Below are positions 55,816-64,000 of a stretch of DNA of 64,000 nucleotides, one piece after another. Location of the stretch: NCBI GenBank assembly GCA_964474825.1, contig CAYYWQ010000001.1, forward strand, positions 677,609 through 741,608, in the 5' to 3' direction. The translations under genes were made by a program, and so were the position numbers. The stretch is from an uncultured Candidatus Saccharibacteria bacterium. GTDB taxonomy: Bacteria > Patescibacteriota > Doudnabacteria > UBA920. The notes below the pieces were generated by a model that was not told the DNA's origin, made no database searches, and was given only the letters and a program-made list of their open reading frames with translations. The first letter of the stretch is position 1. Each line of letters begins with the position of its first letter.

Positions 55816-55887
55816 TATTCTCTAACAAAATTATAACCTGTTAAGGTTAAAAAGTAAATTTAACAATATTTTAGCCTTAACTTAAAC

Positions 55888-57378
55888 CTATTTAGTATGC
55901 CACTGTCGACCGTCCCTAGCCAAAAATTCGTCCGCTTCTTTTGGGCCGTTGCTTCCGGCCTTATAAATTTGCAGCGGAAGATCTTTAAAAGCGGAGTTTT
56001 GGGTAATACTGTCCACAAATTTCCAGGCTGCTTCAATTTCGTCACTGCGGATAAACAAACGCTGGTCCCCTTCCATAAAATCCAACAGCAGACGTTCATA
56101 AGCAGAAGGAATTTCCGAGGCAAAATTTTTCTGGTAACCAAACTCGTAATCCCCCTGGTGAAGCTTAATTCCAAAACCGGGCTGTTTGTTGTTCAAATGC
56201 AAATTAACACTTTCGTCCGGCTGGATGCGGAACGTTAAAGTATTGGCGGCGCAGCCTTCAAACAGGCAGCGTGCCGGTTCACGGAAGTGAATGGTAATTT
56301 CCGTTAATTTTTTACTTAATTTTTTACCGCTGCGCAAATAAAACGGCACTCCGGCCCAGCGCGGCAAATTAATATAGGTTTTTAGTGAGAAAAAAGTTTC
56401 CGCGTTGCCGCCCGTGTCATTCAAAATTTTGGGTCCAATGTCTTTTTTGTAACCCTGGTACTGCCCCTTTACCAAACGCACAGGCAATTTTTGCTGGTCA
56501 AACAATTGCAAAGCATTAAGCACGCGCAATTTTTCGCTGCTTATCATATCCGCGGTTAACTGGTAAGGCTCTTCCATGGCAATTAACGCAAGCATTTGCA
56601 AAATGTGATTTTGCAAAAAATCTTTTAAAGCGCCGGTTTGTTCGTAATACATGGCGCGGCCACCCACTCCGTCTTTTTCTAAAACGGAAATTTCCACATG
56701 CTCAATAAAGCGGTTATTCCACAGGGGCTCAAAAATGCTGTTGGCAAAACGTACCACCATTAAATTCTGTACGGTTTCCTTGCCGGCATAATGGTCAATG
56801 CGGTAGATTTGTTCCTCGGTAAAATACTTGAGGAGCAATTTATTTAAGTCGCGTGCAGATTCCAAATTAAAACCAAAAGGCTTTTCCACCAAGATCCGCA
56901 CTTTGCGGTCATGGGAAGCGCAACTGGTTAAAAGCCCGTTCTCTTTTAAAATATGGGTAATGGAAGCAAAAAACTGCGGACTGGTCGCGAAATAATACAA
57001 ACGATTAAAGCATTTATGGGTCGGCTTTTCGCGCGTTTGCAAAAGCTTAGTTAAGGCGGCAAAAGATTCCGGCTTCTCAAAATCCCCTTCAAAGTAAACC
57101 AGGTGCTTTAAAAAATGCTGTCGTTGTTTTTTGCTAATTTTTTTTTGCGACCTGGATTTTTTTAAAATAAAATCCAAATACCCTGCCGCGTCCAGGGACC
57201 TTCTGCCTACACACACCAAAGTAAAATCTTTGGGGAGCATCCCTTGCCCATCCATGCGAAGCAGCGCTGGCAATAAATAATTGCCAGACAAATCACCCGT
57301 AGCGCCAAAAATAGTCAAAACCGTTGGCGGCAGGTTTAGGTCTAATTTATGGAATTTATTATTGCCGGACTTTTTCAT
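55888..57378 (-). CDS. zwf: Glucose-6-phosphate 1-dehydrogenase
   Basis: N-terminal NADP site LTIFGATGDL. Active-site RIDHYAGKETVQNLMVVRFANSIFEPLWN (RIDHYLGKE motif). Confidence 0.9.
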   Translation of the reverse strand: MKKSGNNKFHKLDLNLPPTVLTIFGATGDLSGNYLLPALLRMDGQGMLPKDFTLVCVGRRSLDAAGYLDFILKKSRSQKKISKKQRQHFLKHLVYFEGDFEKPESFAALTKLLQTREKPTHKCFNRLYYFATSPQFFASITHILKENGLLTSCASHDRKVRILVEKPFGFNLESARDLNKLLLKYFTEEQIYRIDHYAGKETVQNLMVVRFANSIFEPLWNNRFIEHVEISVLEKDGVGGRAMYYEQTGALKDFLQNHILQMLALIAMEEPYQLTADMISSEKLRVLNALQLFDQQKLPVRLVKGQYQGYKKDIGPKILNDTGGNAETFFSLKTYINLPRWAGVPFYLRSGKKLSKKLTEITIHFREPARCLFEGCAANTLTFRIQPDESVNLHLNNKQPGFGIKLHQGDYEFGYQKNFASEIPSAYERLLLDFMEGDQRLFIRSDEIEAAWKFVDSITQNSAFKDLPLQIYKAGSNGPKEADEFLARDGRQWHTK

Positions 57379-57427
57379 ATTCAGCTTTCGTTTATTGGAT
57401 ATTTATGTTATATTGAGTCAAGAATTA

Positions 57428-57650
57428 CACACTGAGCCAAGTTCGAGGCATTTTCTGACAATAGCTTGCTGGCCTAAGTCGGGCTTAGCCCGACTAGCGG
57501 CCAGCATAATGCTTCAGGATGTTTGGAGGCGTAGTCAGACTACGGCGACAAACACCGGAAGAAAATAACGAAGAAATTGGCCAGAGCTGCTTTTTTAAGG
57601 ATTCCCAATTCACTTGGGATCCAAAAAAAAGCAGCGGTGCGGAAATCTTG
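57428..57650 (-). ncRNA. Candidate structured RNA element (copy 2, expanded), in the zwf 5' region. Same family as 13859..13968.
   Basis: The reverse complement carries the three conserved blocks of copy 1: CCGCACCGCTGCTTTT; TTGTCGCCGTAG-TCTGA-CTACGCCTCCAAACATCCT; CAGAAAATGCCTCGAACTTGGCTCAGTGTG. Two inserted hairpins (GGATCCCAA-GTGAA-TTGGGAATCC and GCTGGCC...GGCCAGC) lie between the blocks. The 3' block ends about 45 nt before the zwf ATG. Confidence 0.35.
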
Positions 57651-57654
57651 ATAT

Positions 57655-57885
57655 ATGAGCTATTACGAACATCACAAACGATCAATTGTTAAAACCATTG
57701 GCTTTCATGCCTTAATAATATTGTCCGATGCTTTGGTAATTTTTATTCTTACCCACAAAGTCACCCTGACCCTTAGTATAACTATTTTCTCAAATCTGGT
57801 CAGCGGCCTAATTTACTTTATTCACGAACGAGCCTGGAATAATATTCACTGGGGCAAGAGTAAGCTGGAAATAGACTTGAAATAA
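57655..57885 (+). CDS. DUF2061-family small membrane protein
   Basis: HKRSIVKTIGFHALIILSDALVIFILT....FIHERAWNNI matches the DUF2061 two-helix pattern with a conserved HER(V/A)WN. Confidence 0.6.
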   Translation: MSYYEHHKRSIVKTIGFHALIILSDALVIFILTHKVTLTLSITIFSNLVSGLIYFIHERAWNNIHWGKSKLEIDLK

Positions 57886-57927
57886 CCGTGACAATAAACT
57901 ATAGCAATAACTTAGGCTATAGTTTTT

Positions 57928-58959
57928 TTATTTTCCCATGTAACCTTTTAAGTCTACTCTATAAATTTCCACGAGTGCCATAAACATTGCCATGAGCACG
58001 GGGCCGAGCAAAATTCCCAAAAGGCCAAAAAATTGCAAGCCGCCCAAAACCGAAAACAAAACCAAAAAAGGATGCAAATCCATTTTCCTGCCAACAAGTT
58101 TTGGGCCGACAAAGTTGTCTATGGTGCCAACCGCAAGCGTGCCCCATATGGCCATTCCAACCCCCGCGCCAATATGGCCGGTTACAAACAAATAAATTAC
58201 CGCGGGAATTAAAGAAAGAGAAGTTCCCACAGTGGGTACCAACGCGGCCAAAATGGTAAACGCCCCCCATAGCAGCGGCTGTGGTACGCCAAACAACAGG
58301 AATCCGGCCACAGCCGTAACTCCCTGAATTAACGCGACCAAAAACTGCCCCTTAATAACTCCGGACACCGCGCGCTCTAATTTTATAATAAGCAAGTCCC
58401 CGTGCGCCGGATCAAGCGGTAAAATTCCTCCCAAATAATCTTTTACCCTCTGTCCGTCTTTTAATAAATAGTAAAAAGAAAAGAACACAAAAAAGAAAGA
58501 CAAAAAGAAATTAAAAACATTGGACAAAAGAGAGGCCGTGCCCGCAAATGCGTTGGACGCGAAGTCGCTTAATTTTTGGCCAAAATTAGAAGAGAAATCC
58601 CCGGCCCAGCCCTGGAACTGCGGCGGCAAACCTTTAACAAATTCCGTCTGGTTCCAAACCAGTTGGCCGGATTGGTATTCTTTGTAAATTACATTTAATT
58701 CGTTATACGCAAGCTGGCCAATTAAATACAACGGGATCATAACTATTAGCAAAACTAAAATAATTGTGGCCCAGGCTGCCAAACTTTCTTTCCCCATTTT
58801 TGCGAGTAAATATTTATAAACCGGGTGGAACAAAATTGCTAAAATCGCGCCCATGGCCACAAAAGTTAAATACGGCCACCACATAAGCACGACAATAACA
58901 GCTAAAATCGCAAAAATAATGGACAATACGACAACTTGTAATCTTTGGTTTGTTAACAT
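57928..58959 (-). CDS. AI-2E family transporter (UPF0118/PerM-like)
   Basis: About 8 TM segments. Conserved C-terminal segment IDNFVGPKLVGRKMDLHPFLVLFSVLGGLQFFGLLGILLGPVL. Confidence 0.85.
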   Translation of the reverse strand: MLTNQRLQVVVLSIIFAILAVIVVLMWWPYLTFVAMGAILAILFHPVYKYLLAKMGKESLAAWATIILVLLIVMIPLYLIGQLAYNELNVIYKEYQSGQLVWNQTEFVKGLPPQFQGWAGDFSSNFGQKLSDFASNAFAGTASLLSNVFNFFLSFFFVFFSFYYLLKDGQRVKDYLGGILPLDPAHGDLLIIKLERAVSGVIKGQFLVALIQGVTAVAGFLLFGVPQPLLWGAFTILAALVPTVGTSLSLIPAVIYLFVTGHIGAGVGMAIWGTLAVGTIDNFVGPKLVGRKMDLHPFLVLFSVLGGLQFFGLLGILLGPVLMAMFMALVEIYRVDLKGYMGK

Positions 58960-58968
58960 AATTTTTAA

Positions 58969-59988
58969 TTAATTTTCTTTTACTTCTGTCCTATACATTT
59001 CTACTAAGGCTACAAAAATTGCCATAATAATTGGCCCAAGCAAAACACCTAAAACTCCAAAAGTTACCACTCCCCCCAAAATTGCAAAAATGGTGAGCAG
59101 CGGATGCAAGCGCGCCTTGGAAGAAACAATTTTTGCGGCCAAAATATTGTCTATTAACGCTACGCTCACTCCGGCCCAAATGGCCATGCCAATTGCCCCG
59201 CCCACATGACCCGTAAAATATAAAAACAAAACTGCGGGCACCCAAACTAAAGCCGTGCCAAAAGTAGGAACAAACGCGGCGACAAACATTACGCACGCCC
59301 AAAGCAAAGCGTTGGGAAGTCTAAATATGGAAAAACCGATGAATGAGGCAACAGAAATAGTTAACACAACCAAAAACTGGCCTTTAACCACGCCGTTAAC
59401 CGCTAAATTTAATTTGTCGAACAAAATGTTTTCATTAGCGTCTGAAAGAGGAAGAATATCTTTTAATAATTTTTTTATTTTCTCGCCGTCTCGCAAAAGA
59501 AAAAATGTACTAAAAGCCACAACCACTAACGAGCCAAAAAACCAACCGAGCGATGACAAAAGACCGGAAAGAGAATTAAAAGCCTGGCCAGTTAATTGCG
59601 AAACCCAGGCACCTAAATCTACATTAAAATTGGTAGCTAAGTTCTGTAAGGGTACTGGCAAACTGTGAACAAAACTTCCGGACTGTCCCGCCAAGTCCCC
59701 TAAATTAAGTGTGTGATAAAAATCTGAAAGTTCAAAAAACACCTGCTGCCCCACCAAAAGCACCGGACCTGCAACAATTACAGCTATAACCGCCACAACA
59801 AAACCAGCGGACAAGTTAGGCATTTTTGTCTCTTTATGAATTCGTTCATAAAGCGGCTGAAAGAGCAAAGTTAAAATTACCGCAAAAGCCAGCAGTTCCC
59901 AAAACGGCCAAAAAATAGCAAGCACAACCAAACCAACCAAACCCATTAAAATATAAAACCCAATTTTTTGTGATTTTTGTTTCAACAT
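58969..59988 (-). CDS. AI-2E family transporter (tandem paralog)
   Basis: Same architecture. IDNILAAKIVSSKARLHPLLTIFAILGGVVTFGVLGVLLGPII. Confidence 0.85.
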   Translation of the reverse strand: MLKQKSQKIGFYILMGLVGLVVLAIFWPFWELLAFAVILTLLFQPLYERIHKETKMPNLSAGFVVAVIAVIVAGPVLLVGQQVFFELSDFYHTLNLGDLAGQSGSFVHSLPVPLQNLATNFNVDLGAWVSQLTGQAFNSLSGLLSSLGWFFGSLVVVAFSTFFLLRDGEKIKKLLKDILPLSDANENILFDKLNLAVNGVVKGQFLVVLTISVASFIGFSIFRLPNALLWACVMFVAAFVPTFGTALVWVPAVLFLYFTGHVGGAIGMAIWAGVSVALIDNILAAKIVSSKARLHPLLTIFAILGGVVTFGVLGVLLGPIIMAIFVALVEMYRTEVKEN

Positions 59989-60087
59989 AATACTACGGAA
60001 CTACGGATTAATTACACTACGGATGCCTACAGAATAACTGCAAGACTCCTTTATTGATATTATAACAAAAAATGGGCTAAAAAGCAT

Positions 60088-60133
60088 TAAAAAAGAGCGC
60101 TCCTTGACCATCGTGTCAAAAAGCGCTCTTTCA
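60088..60133 (-). terminator. Rho-independent terminator of the GC-rich ORF
   Basis: On the minus strand: AAAGAGCGCT-TTTTGACACGATGGTCAAGG-AGCGCTCTTT followed by TTTAAT. Confidence 0.65.
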
Positions 60134-60238
60134 AGATTTTACTACTAATTTCCTCCTGTCTATAACTGACAGTTTTTGCCTGGTTACGCCAGACTAGCGA
60201 GCGGTTTTAATGGTTCGCTAAACCAACGCCGAATACCG

Positions 60239-60964
60239 CTACTTAATCAGAGGGTATCCATAACGGGTACGTAGTACATACCCAGCTTCGGAGAGGATTA
60301 CTGTGCCGTCGGCCTTGACCAGATGCCGGAGCGTGCAGCGCAACTTCTTTTCAAGCCGCCATCCCAGTGGATTTTGCTTGGCAAGTTCCTCCATTTTTGG
60401 CTCTCGGGAATCCTTGAAGGATTTCACCAAAACAGCCGCCGAGGCATCCGCAATCAACCCGAGCTGCCGTGCCGCTTCAATAACGAGCGCGCGAACGTCA
60501 AAATGGGCCCTCTCTTCCCATACTACCGTCCGGCCCGGATTGCTCAGCACCCGGGCGTTCATTACCGTAGGCAGCAAGTTGGCAATTGCAGCCACCTCGG
60601 ACTTTGAAAGGTAGAGTTTTACTTCTACCCCCATTGCCGCGACATCCTCGTGGGATACCGCGGGAAGGACTACAATGTCGGCAACCGTAGCCCCACCACT
60701 GCCCCGAGTGAAATACTCAGAGCGGCAGTGGCGCCACATAAAAAATGCGGCGTCATAAATCTGCACCCGAGTAGAGGCCAGCCACTCCACTCCCTGTTCT
60801 GTTTTCGTACTCTCTCTCCACACTTCAAATCCTCCGCTCTCCAGAGGCGTCAAAGTGTACCCCTCCCAAGTAGAGGGGAAAAGATTTTTGGACCATTGCT
60901 GGATGGTCACAAAACCACTGGCTTGGCGAACCTTCCGCCAATTCTCCAGTTCTTCGTTGTTCAT
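60239..60964 (-). CDS. Orphan GC-rich hypothetical protein (241 aa), compositionally foreign
   Basis: A GGAGAAGGAG RBS precedes the ATG. GC-rich codons contrast with the neighbours. No TM segment or signal and no motif I can name. It has its own terminator. Confidence 0.5.
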   Translation of the reverse strand: MNNEELENWRKVRQASGFVTIQQWSKNLFPSTWEGYTLTPLESGGFEVWRESTKTEQGVEWLASTRVQIYDAAFFMWRHCRSEYFTRGSGGATVADIVVLPAVSHEDVAAMGVEVKLYLSKSEVAAIANLLPTVMNARVLSNPGRTVVWEERAHFDVRALVIEAARQLGLIADASAAVLVKSFKDSREPKMEELAKQNPLGWRLEKKLRCTLRHLVKADGTVILSEAGYVLRTRYGYPLIK

Positions 60965-61046
60965 GGCAGATCTCCTTCTCCCAATGCGGCATAACCTGCC
61001 TAATTACCCGCCGGGGCAAAAAGTCAGCTTTGTGAGCTGGCCCTTC

Positions 61047-61100
61047 TTTTCAGAAAAGCAATTTAAAAACATGTTTATTTTCAAATTGCTTTTCTGAAAA
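61047..61100. repeat. Near-perfect 54-bp AT-rich palindrome (18-bp perfect arms TTTTCAGAAAAGCAATTT / AAATTGCTTTTCTGAAAA)
   Basis: The arms are exact reverse complements. The spacer itself contains AAACATGTTT. It lies between the divergent GC-rich ORF and typA. Confidence 0.5.
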
Positions 61101-61402
61101 CCTAAATTCTTTATTAAAGAACAATTCCGGGCACAATTTCCCAGACTGCTGATTATGACATTTTTTTAACTTAATGTCAACCATTTGACGTATATGCCCT
61201 ATTTATGCTATATTTGCATCACCTTGCCCTGGCAGTTTCGGGCATTTTTGTTTGCATAGCGCGAAGCACATTATTTTTCTCCCCAAATCGTGGGGAGATG
61301 TCCCGACTGAAGTCGGGACAGAGAGGTTTAAAACCTAAAATTAACCTCACCCCCAGCCCTCTTCACAAATTGGAGAGGGAGACTATAAGGAATAAAACTA
61401 TT

Positions 61403-63271
61403 ATGAGACGAGACAACATAAGAAACATTGCAATAATTGCTCACGTTGACCATGGTAAGACAACCTTGGTGGACGCTATGCTTAAGCAGACCCATACGGT
61501 AAAGGACAATGCCGATACCACGGATTTAATTATGGACAGCATGGACCTGGAGCGCGAGCGCGGTATTACCATTCGGGCCAAGAACGCGTCGCTTATTTAT
61601 AATGGCATTAAAATAAATATTGTAGACACCCCGGGCCACGCGGATTTTGGCGGTGAAGTTGAACGCACACTCAGAATGGCAGACGGTGTTTTGTTGTTGG
61701 TAGACGCCAAAGAAGGCCCAATGCCTCAAACTAAATTCGTACTTAAAAAAGCTTTGGAACTTGGTCTTAAAGCTATTGTTGTCATAAATAAAATAGACAA
61801 GCCCGACGCCCAAACCGAAGAAACCATTAACAAAACTTTTGACTTATTCGTAAAGCTGGACGCTAAAGACCACCAGTTAGATTTCCAAATTATTTACGCT
61901 GCCGGCAAAATGGGTTTGGCCGAGACAGATTTGGAAAAATTAAAAGCCAAAATCGCGGCCAATGCCGCTCCGGACGTTACTCCCCTGTTTGAATCTATTG
62001 TTAAATTTATTCCGGCTCCGGAAGTTAAACCAGAAGACCCGTTTGCTATGTTAGTTCTTGCTTTGGTTTATGACAACTACAAAGGTAAAATGGGTATTGG
62101 TAAAATTGTTTCCGGCAATATTAAAAAAGCCCAAAACATTGTCCGTATTAAACCTGCCGGCGAAAAAGAAAACGGCAAAATTTCCAGCTTACAAATGTAC
62201 CAGGGTTTAAAACCGATCGATGTGGAAGAAGCCGTAGCCGGCGACATTGTTGCCATTGGCGGTTTTGACGACATTTCCATTGGCGAAACTTTAACAGACC
62301 CAGTAAGCCCTATTCATTTAGAGCCAGTAGCTATAGAGCCTCCTACTATTAAAATGACTTTTGGCGTAAACACTTCCCCGTTTGCGGGACGCGAGGGCAC
62401 AAAAGTTACCTCCAGAAATATTCGCGACCGCTTAGTAAAAGAACTGGAAGTAAACGTTGCTCTTAAAGTTGAAACTTTAGAAGGCCAACCTTTGTCTGCC
62501 GAAACTTCCGGCGGCGGCGAAAACTTTTTGGTTTCCGGCCGCGGTGAGTTACATCTCGGAGTACTTATTGAAACCATGAGACGCGAAGGTTTTGAACTCC
62601 AGGTTTCCCAGCCTCAGGTTATTTACCACGAAAAAGACGGCGTTAAAATGGAACCTTATGAAGTCGTTACCATAAACGTGCCTAGCGAATACCAAGGTTC
62701 GGTTATTGAAGAAATGGGTAAACGCGGCGGCGAACTCCAGCATATGGATTCCTCTAACAACAACGAACTCCAGGCGGAATACTTAATTCCTACCCGCGGG
62801 CTTATTGGCCTAAAAAGCCTTTTGCTTACCCGCACCCGCGGTACCGTTATTTTAAACAACCTTTTTGATAGCTATAAACCAGTACACGAAATAGACACCC
62901 ATGTTAACGAACACGGCTCCCTTATTTCCTCTGAAACTGGCCTCAGCAACTCCTACGGACTTAACAACGCCCAAGAACGCGGTATTATGTTCATTGGCCC
63001 TGCCGTAGACGTTTACGCTGGTATGGTGGTTGGAAAAAACGCACTAAACGATGACATTGAACTAAACGTTTGTAAAACTAAAAAACTCACCAACATTCGT
63101 TCCAGTGGAACAGATGAAGCTATAATCCTCACCCCTCCCCGCCCTGTAGAACTCGACTTCGCCCTAGAATACATTGGCGCCGACGAACTAGTAGAAGTAA
63201 CTCCAAAATCTATAAGAATAAGAAAAAAAATCCTAGACGCCACCGCCCGCAAACGTTCTGAAAGAAAATAA
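61403..63271 (+). CDS. typA: Translational GTPase TypA/BipA. Start set at [22 protein letters not shown]; the ORF-track start at 61205 is an in-frame leader without support.
   Basis: G1 [10 protein letters not shown]2/G3 [15 protein letters not shown]4 NKID. EF-G-like domain layout, about 620 aa. Confidence 0.9.
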   Translation: MRRDNIRNIAIIAHVDHGKTTLVDAMLKQTHTVKDNADTTDLIMDSMDLERERGITIRAKNASLIYNGIKINIVDTPGHADFGGEVERTLRMADGVLLLVDAKEGPMPQTKFVLKKALELGLKAIVVINKIDKPDAQTEETINKTFDLFVKLDAKDHQLDFQIIYAAGKMGLAETDLEKLKAKIAANAAPDVTPLFESIVKFIPAPEVKPEDPFAMLVLALVYDNYKGKMGIGKIVSGNIKKAQNIVRIKPAGEKENGKISSLQMYQGLKPIDVEEAVAGDIVAIGGFDDISIGETLTDPVSPIHLEPVAIEPPTIKMTFGVNTSPFAGREGTKVTSRNIRDRLVKELEVNVALKVETLEGQPLSAETSGGGENFLVSGRGELHLGVLIETMRREGFELQVSQPQVIYHEKDGVKMEPYEVVTINVPSEYQGSVIEEMGKRGGELQHMDSSNNNELQAEYLIPTRGLIGLKSLLLTRTRGTVILNNLFDSYKPVHEIDTHVNEHGSLISSETGLSNSYGLNNAQERGIMFIGPAVDVYAGMVVGKNALNDDIELNVCKTKKLTNIRSSGTDEAIILTPPRPVELDFALEYIGADELVEVTPKSIRIRKKILDATARKRSERK

Positions 63272-63280
63272 GCAAACTTA

Positions 63281-63307
63281 AAACCCCGCCGAATGGCGGG
63301 GTTTTTA
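63281..63307. terminator. Bidirectional Rho-independent terminator
   Basis: AAAACCCCGCC-GAATG-GCGGGGTTTTT. Confidence 0.85.
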
Positions 63308-63313
63308 AAATTA

Positions 63314-63991
63314 CTAATACCCTATTGTTTTTTTAATTTCCTTAATATATAAATCACTCTTACCCAAAAGTATGCTTTGACTTTCATTCGAAAGACTTTT
63401 AAATTTTTCTAAATATTCCAAAGCAACTGGGTAATTAAATTCTTTTTTAAACTTTATAAACCCCAACCAAAAATATAATTGCGCCTTATTTTGTTCAGTC
63501 TTAAGTAAATTTAAATTAAAATTTTCTACCTCCTGCAGCGTTCCATATTCGTTGTCATAAGTATGATTTTCGATTCTTTCACAAGACTTTAAGGCTTCGC
63601 TATACTTTTCTAGCCAAAAATACAAAAATGCTTCGCTATATCTCCACTCCGAAGTTCCATTTGAAAATTTTTTTGATTTCTTTATATCTATTAAAGCCAG
63701 CTTGGGGTCTTTTAAAATGCTAAAATCATAAACGGCTTTAAATAACCACGCCCCATAATTTGAAGGATTAAATCTGAAGGAATCATCTAAAAATTGTTTT
63801 GCTGATAAAATATCATTTTTTAAAAATTTATGTCTGGAGATCACCAGCTGCTCTTCAGATATTACTCCTGGAAGCTTATTCTTAATTATGAGTAAATTGG
63901 GTGGCAAAGGATTAAATTTGGCAAAATCCTTTTCTAAATTACTGTGAAGCTTGTAAGCCAAAAATGGATCCCCGGAAAGAAATGCCGCCAT
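63314..63991 (-). CDS. Hypothetical protein, possibly N-terminally truncated by the window edge (helical, TPR-like composition)
   Basis: The ORF runs to within 9 nt of the window end with no upstream in-frame stop. Lys/Phe/Tyr-rich helical repeats. No motif. Confidence 0.4.
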   Translation of the reverse strand: MAAFLSGDPFLAYKLHSNLEKDFAKFNPLPPNLLIIKNKLPGVISEEQLVISRHKFLKNDILSAKQFLDDSFRFNPSNYGAWLFKAVYDFSILKDPKLALIDIKKSKKFSNGTSEWRYSEAFLYFWLEKYSEALKSCERIENHTYDNEYGTLQEVENFNLNLLKTEQNKAQLYFWLGFIKFKKEFNYPVALEYLEKFKSLSNESQSILLGKSDLYIKEIKKTIGY

Positions 63992-64000
63992 ACCTGTAAT

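Noticed and set aside
57400-57650. Interpreting the 13859..13968 and 57428..57650 pair as terminal inverted repeats of a 43-kb transposon
   Set aside because: There are no transposase or target duplications, and housekeeping genes (rpsO, tRNAs, zwf, gnd) lie between. The block-wise conservation with compensatory hairpin insertions fits a structured RNA better.
61205-61402. 66-codon N-terminal extension of typA in the track
   Set aside because: TypA homologs start at the MRR...[13 protein letters not shown] segment. The extension is hydrophobic or random and overlaps GC-rich hairpins, so it is more likely a structured leader.
1-64000. CRISPR arrays, rRNA genes, IS transposase genes
   Set aside because: I found no array of regularly spaced direct repeats, no rRNA-like conserved sequence, and no transposase ORF. 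The only recombinase is the Xer-like tyrosine recombinase.

Overview
The window looks like part of a small, AT-rich bacterial genome with several GC-rich islands. Many membrane-anchored hypothetical proteins, a type IV pilin, a DUF2207 protein, AI-2E paralogs and strong AGGAGG ribosome-binding sites give it a CPR/Patescibacteria-like flavour, but that placement is inference. The supplied ORF track omits both edge genes and several RNA genes, so I read those from the sequence myself.

Gene content in order, with the points needing a second look:
- 1..3670 (-): the 5' part of a very large GC-rich secreted gene (signal peptide, lipase-type GHSQG alpha/beta-hydrolase, two LamG-like domains). It is absent from the ORF track because its stop lies beyond the window edge.
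- 4886..13854 (+): a TrmB regulator, then a tight seven-gene operon. The operon encodes nitroreductase-like, Leu/Phe/Val-dehydrogenase-like, SAM methyltransferase, PaaK/F390-synthetase-like adenylating, ThiF/E1-like and alpha/beta-hydrolase proteins, and ends in a 7TM histidine kinase. I read it as a candidate small-molecule or peptide modification/biosynthesis system that I cannot assign to a known pathway.
- 13859..13968 (+) and 57428..57650 (-): two copies of a conserved, apparently structured ~100-nt element. The second copy is expanded by inserted hairpins and sits about 45 nt upstream of zwf. I read it as a candidate cis-regulatory RNA or sRNA.
- 14065..16549: a putative RNA methyltransferase, rpsO with a leader hairpin, and a RimK-type ATP-grasp.
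- 16583..17901: a XerC/D-type tyrosine recombinase gene bracketed by paired direct/inverted repeats, with dif-like CGCATAATGT motifs. A third copy of the motif lies at 4713.
- 17910..21926: a DUF2207 protein, tRNA-Arg(TCT), tRNA-Arg(GCG), and two membrane proteins.
- 22172..23647: RluB-like pseudouridine synthase and a C39-like peptidase.
- 23650..25250: a GC-rich island with a Delta9-type membrane fatty-acid desaturase and a CDA-fold (C-S-E ... PCxxC) deaminase-like protein, each with its own terminator.
- 25352..32862: ABC exporter, NRAMP, a soluble MgtE_N+CBS protein, a GC-rich structured leader, an Mrr-like nuclease domain protein, a ferric-reductase-like protein, and an ECF sigma/anti-sigma pair.
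- 33473..39785: MacA/MacB-like efflux components without an ATPase, a cupredoxin, a second ECF sigma/anti-sigma pair, and small secreted proteins.
- 39873..43474: DedA, GT2, an M23 lipoprotein, DoxX, and a zur-zupT pair.
- 43591..44109 (+): an orphan GC-rich ORF.
- 44288..48260: a csoR–HMA-permease–copA copper operon with a textbook CsoR operator palindrome, then tRNA-His.
- 49017..51658: a mini-BshC-like gene followed by bshB-like and bshA-like genes (a bacillithiol-type thiol pathway, possibly with a truncated ligase).
- 51688..57378: a pilin operon, gnd, an alkyltransferase-like (ATL) protein, alkA, and zwf.
- 57655..61100: a DUF2061 protein, two tandem AI-2E transporters, a second GC-rich orphan ORF, and a long AT-rich palindrome.
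- 61403..63991: typA and a partial hypothetical gene.

No CRISPR array or rRNA was seen.
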